42,565 nt of DNA, taken from the IMG/VR virus record IMGVR_UViG_2654588006_000002, one strand, 5' to 3'. Each line of letters opens with the position of its first letter. Within the stretch, counting starts at the first letter, position 1. Below, piece after piece: positions 38,571 through 42,565 of the stretch. Both the position numbers and the translations under genes were made by a program. Under the pieces are notes generated by a model, which was given only the letters and a program-made list of their open reading frames with translations, was not told the origin of the DNA and did no database searches. Origin of the DNA: a virus. Taxonomy: Duplodnaviria > Heunggongvirae > Uroviricota > Caudoviricetes.

Positions 38571-41500
38571 ATGGCAGTAAAGATTTCAGGTGTACTGAAA
38601 GACGGCACAGGAAAACCGGTACAGAACTGCACAATCCAGCTGAAAGCAAAACGTAACAGCACCAGGGTGGTGGTGAACACGCTGGCCTCAGAAAATCCGG
38701 ATGAAGCCGGGCGTTACAGCATGGACGTTGAGTACGGTCAGTACAGCGTTATTCTGTTGGTGGAGGGATTCCCGCCGTCACATGCCGGGACCATCACCGT
38801 GTATGAAGATTCTCAACCCGGTACGCTGAATGATTTTCTCGGTGCCATGACGGAGGATGATGCCCGTCCGGAGGCACTGCGCCGTTTTGAACTGATGGTG
38901 GAAGAGGTGGCGCGTAACGCGTCCGCGGTGGCACAGAACACGGCAGCCGCGAAGAAGTCAGCCAGCGATGCCGGCACATCAGCCCGTGAGGCGGCAACCC
39001 ATGCGACTGATGCTGCAGGCTCAGCACGTGCAGCCAGCACATCAGCCGGGCAGGCCGCGACGTCGGCTCAGTCAGCGTCTTCCAGCGCAGGAACGGCATC
39101 AACAAAGGCTACTGAAGCATCAAAAAGTGCTGCCGCTGCAGAGTCCTCAAAAAGCGCGGCGGCTACCAGTGCCGGTGCGGCGAAAAAGTCAGAAACGAAT
39201 GCCGCAGCGTCACAACAATCAGCAGCCACTTCTGCATCCACCGCGACTACGAAAGCGTCAGAAGCTGCCACCTCAGCCCGGGATGCGGCGGCCTCAAAAG
39301 AAGCAGCGAAATCATCAGAAACGAACGCATCCTCGAGCGTCAGTAGCGCAGCTTCCTCGGCAACGGCGGCAGCAAATTCCGCGAAGGCGGCAAAAACGTC
39401 CGAGACGAACGCCAGGTCTTCTGAGACGGCAGCGGGACAGAGCGCCTCAGCTGCGGCAGGCTCAAAAACAGCGGCTGCGTCGTCTGCCAGTACCGCGTCA
39501 ACAAGTGCCGGGCAGGCCTCAGCCAGTGCCACCGCCGCCGGAAAATCGGCAGAAAGTGCCGCATCGTCTGCTTCAACAGCCACAACGAAGGCTGGCGAAG
39601 CCACTGAACAGGCCAACGCAGCAGCGAGGTCAGCTTCCGCAGCGAAGACATCCGAAACGAACGCGAAAGCGTCGGAAACCAGCGCAGAATCCTCAAAAAC
39701 GGCTGCCGCATCGTCCGCCAGTTCGGCGGCGTCATCGGCCTCATCGGCGTCTGCTTCAAAAGATGAGGCGACCAGACAGGCATCAGCAGCGAAAGGCAGC
39801 GCCACGACGGCATCCACGAAGGCAACAGAGGCTGCTGGCAGTGCGACGGCGGCAGCACAGAGCAAGAATACGGCAGAATCCGCAGCAACGCGCGCCGAGA
39901 CAGCAGCTAAACGGGCAGAGGATATTGCATCCGCCGTGGCGCTTGAGGATGCAAGTACGACGAAAAAGGGGATAGTACAGCTCAGCAGTGCGACCAACAG
40001 TTTGTCTGAAACGCTGGCGGCAACGCCAAAGGCAGTAAAATCAGCCTATGACAATGCAGAGAAACGTCTGCAGAAAGACCAGAACGGCGCTGATATACCC
40101 GATAAGGGACGCTTCCTGAACAACATTGACGCGGTCAGTAAAACAGACTTTGCTGATAAGCGTGGTATGCGTTATGTGCGGGTTAACGCTCCTGCAGGTG
40201 CAATATCTGGAAAATATTACCCTGTTGTTGTTATGCGTTCTGCTGGCTCAGTAAGCGAACTGGCATCAAGGGTCATTATCACCACGGCAACGCGAACCGC
40301 AGGCGATCCGATGAATAACTGCGAGTTTAACGGATTTGTTATGCCTGGTGGCTGGACTGACAGGGGGCGTTATGCTTATGGAATGTTCTGGCAATATCAA
40401 AACAATGAACGAGCCATCCACTCAATAATGATGAGTAATAAGGGCGATGATTTGCGCTCTGTGTTCTATGTTGATGGCGCTGCTTTCCCTGTTTTTGCGT
40501 TTATCGAAGATGGCCTGTCAATATCCGCACCTGGTGCTGATCTCGTTGTTAATGATACGACCTATAAGTTTGGGGCAACAAATCCGGCGACTGAATGTAT
40601 CGCGGCGGACGTTATCCTTGATTTTAAGAGTGGGCGTGGTTTTTATGAGTCTCATTCGTTAATTGTTAACGATAACTTGTCGTGCAAAAAACTTTTTGCC
40701 ACAGACGAAATTGTAGCGCGTGGTGGTAATCAGATTCGAATGATAGGTGGGGAGTATGGTGCATTATGGCGTAATGATGGCGCTAAAACTTACCTGCTGC
40801 TTACCAATCGAGGTGATGTTTATGGTGGCTGGAATACATTAAGACCGTTTGCTATTGATAACGCAACCGGCGAACTGGTTATTGGAACCAAACTGTCCGC
40901 AAGTCTGAACGGTAATGCATTAACAGCAACAAAGCTGCAAACGCCAAGACTGGTTTCTGGTGTTGAGTTTGATGGTTCCAAAGATATTACTTTAACCGCC
41001 GCGCATGTGGCTGCTTTTGCCAGAAGGGCAACGGATACATATGCCGATGCGGATGGTGGCGTTCCCTGGAATGCCGAATCAGGCGCTTACAATGTCACCC
41101 GCTCTGGCGACAGCTATATTCTGGTTAACTTCTATACCGGAGTCGGAAGTTGCCGGACCCTGCAGATGAAGGCGCATTACAGAAATGGTGGTCTGTTCTA
41201 CCGTTCTTCAAGAGATGGCTATGGTTTTGAGGAAGACTGGGCAGAAGTTTATACCTCGAAAAATCTTCCACCAGAAAGCTACCCAGTCGGCGCACCAATC
41301 CCGTGGCCATCAGATACCGTTCCGTCTGGTTATGCCCTGATGCAGGGGCAGACTTTTGACAAATCTGCCTACCCGAAACTTGCAGCCGCTTATCCGTCAG
41401 GCGTGATCCCTGATATGCGTGGCTGGACGATTAAGGGCAAGCCCACCAGTGGTCGTGCCGTATTGTCTCAGGAACAGGATGGCATTAAATCGCATACCCA

Positions 41501-41984
41501 CAGCGCCAGCGCATCCAGTACGGATTTGGGGACGAAAACCACATCGTCGTTTGATTACGGCACTAAATCCACGAATAACACCGGGGCGCATACGCACAGT
41601 CTGAGTGGCTCTACGGGGTCTGCCGGTGCTCATACTCATGGTAATGGTATTCGTTGGCCAGGAGGCGGCGGTTCTGCGTTAGCATTTTATGATGGCGGTG
41701 GGTTCACTTATGTCCAGGATTCACAGTATCAAGTAAGCCCGGGGACTTCTTCCAGTAGATCGTATTATCAACGTATTCAGACACAGTCAGCAGGTGCTCA
41801 TACCCACTCGCTGTCTGGTACTGCAGCAAGTTCTGGCGCACATGCACATACTGTAGGTATTGGTGCGCATACGCACTCGGTTGCGATTGGCTCACATGGA
41901 CACACCATCACCGTTAACGCTGCTGGTAACGCGGAAAACACCGTCAAAAACATCGCATTTAACTATATTGTGAGGCTTGCATAA
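38571..41984 (+). CDS. stf: Side tail fibre protein Stf with long Ala/Ser-rich repeat region and C-terminal GAHTHS repeats
   Basis: N-terminus [24 protein letters not shown]... lambda Stf-like; about 300 aa of repeated SETNA/AAxSA units; C-terminal repeats [11 protein letters not shown]. Confidence 0.85.
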   Translation: MAVKISGVLKDGTGKPVQNCTIQLKAKRNSTRVVVNTLASENPDEAGRYSMDVEYGQYSVILLVEGFPPSHAGTITVYEDSQPGTLNDFLGAMTEDDARPEALRRFELMVEEVARNASAVAQNTAAAKKSASDAGTSAREAATHATDAAGSARAASTSAGQAATSAQSASSSAGTASTKATEASKSAAAAESSKSAAATSAGAAKKSETNAAASQQSAATSASTATTKASEAATSARDAAASKEAAKSSETNASSSVSSAASSATAAANSAKAAKTSETNARSSETAAGQSASAAAGSKTAAASSASTASTSAGQASASATAAGKSAESAASSASTATTKAGEATEQANAAARSASAAKTSETNAKASETSAESSKTAAASSASSAASSASSASASKDEATRQASAAKGSATTASTKATEAAGSATAAAQSKNTAESAATRAETAAKRAEDIASAVALEDASTTKKGIVQLSSATNSLSETLAATPKAVKSAYDNAEKRLQKDQNGADIPDKGRFLNNIDAVSKTDFADKRGMRYVRVNAPAGAISGKYYPVVVMRSAGSVSELASRVIITTATRTAGDPMNNCEFNGFVMPGGWTDRGRYAYGMFWQYQNNERAIHSIMMSNKGDDLRSVFYVDGAAFPVFAFIEDGLSISAPGADLVVNDTTYKFGATNPATECIAADVILDFKSGRGFYESHSLIVNDNLSCKKLFATDEIVARGGNQIRMIGGEYGALWRNDGAKTYLLLTNRGDVYGGWNTLRPFAIDNATGELVIGTKLSASLNGNALTATKLQTPRLVSGVEFDGSKDITLTAAHVAAFARRATDTYADADGGVPWNAESGAYNVTRSGDSYILVNFYTGVGSCRTLQMKAHYRNGGLFYRSSRDGYGFEEDWAEVYTSKNLPPESYPVGAPIPWPSDTVPSGYALMQGQTFDKSAYPKLAAAYPSGVIPDMRGWTIKGKPTSGRAVLSQEQDGIKSHTHSASASSTDLGTKTTSSFDYGTKSTNNTGAHTHSLSGSTGSAGAHTHGNGIRWPGGGGSALAFYDGGGFTYVQDSQYQVSPGTSSSRSYYQRIQTQSAGAHTHSLSGTAASSGAHAHTVGIGAHTHSVAIGSHGHTITVNAAGNAENTVKNIAFNYIVRLA

Positions 41985-42565
41985 TGGCATTCAGAATGAG
42001 TGAACAAGCACGGACCATAAAAATTTATAATCTGTTGTCCGGAACTAATGAATTTATTGGTGACGGTGACGCATATATTCCACCTCATACAGGTCTGCCT
42101 GCAAACAGTACCTATATTGCACCGCCAGATATTCCGGCTGGTTTCGTGGCTGTTTTCAACAGTGATGAGTCATCGTGGCATCTCGTTGAAGATCATCGGG
42201 GTAAAACGGTTTATGACGTGGCTTCCGGCGACGCGTTATTTATTTCTGAACTCGGCTCATTACCGGAAAATGTCACCTGGTTATCCCCGGAAGGGGAGTT
42301 TCAGAAGTGGAACGGCACAGCCTGGGTGAAGGATACGGAAGCAGAAAAACTGTTCCGGATCCGGGAGGCGGAAGAAACAAAAAACAGCCTGATGCAGGTA
42401 GCCAGTGAGCATATAGCGCCACTTCAGGATGCTGTAGATCTGGAGATCGCAACGGAGGAAGAAATCTCGTTGCTGGAAGCATGGAAAAAGTATCGGGTAT
42501 TGCTGAACCGTGTTGATACGTCAACTGCACAGGATATTGAATGGCCAGTAGCACCTATAGGGTAA
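41984..42565 (+). CDS. tfa: Tail fibre assembly protein Tfa
   Basis: [51 protein letters not shown]... near-identical to lambda Tfa as recalled; ATG overlaps the stf stop (TAATG). Confidence 0.85.
   Translation: MAFRMSEQARTIKIYNLLSGTNEFIGDGDAYIPPHTGLPANSTYIAPPDIPAGFVAVFNSDESSWHLVEDHRGKTVYDVASGDALFISELGSLPENVTWLSPEGEFQKWNGTAWVKDTEAEKLFRIREAEETKNSLMQVASEHIAPLQDAVDLEIATEEEISLLEAWKKYRVLLNRVDTSTAQDIEWPVAPIG

Noticed and set aside
38968-39997. Long ORFs on both strands (335 aa plus, 309 aa and 182 aa minus) within stf
   Set aside because: They lie within the Ala/Ser-rich repeat region of stf and are frame artefacts of repetitive GC-rich sequence (poly-Arg/Gln/Pro or poly-Ala translations)

Overview
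This window is the left ~41.6 kb of a lambdoid prophage integrated at the 3' end of a tRNA-Ser(CGA) gene (serU-like), next to host mtfA; the right prophage end (attR) lies beyond the window. All calls are from reading the sequence and ORF track by eye; no searches or computations were run, and non-ORF coordinates may be off by a few nt. Gene order, left to right: integrase and excisionase-like gene; a large exonuclease; a Qin-like immunity and division-inhibition region (ydfD-like, dicB, DicF sRNA, dicA-like repressor, dicC-like cro); replication genes (YdaT-like, O-like with DnaT-like C-terminus, P-like); an AT-rich accessory island; DUF968, RusA and antiterminator Q; a tR'-like terminator and four tRNA-like genes; a phage-21-type lysis cassette (S21 pinholin, SAR endolysin, Rz/Rz1) with an extra ORF between S and R; morons including a YfbU-like gene; HNH, terminase and HK97-like head genes; a lambda-like tail (G/G-T frameshift, tape measure, M, L, K, I, J); lom, stf and tfa. 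The most interesting candidate is on the AT-rich island: a two-gene cassette of an AAA_21-type ATPase plus an RloB-like protein (AbiL-like abortive-infection/defence candidate), followed by a hok/mok/sok-type toxin locus. No CRISPR array, IS element or Shiga toxin genes were seen.
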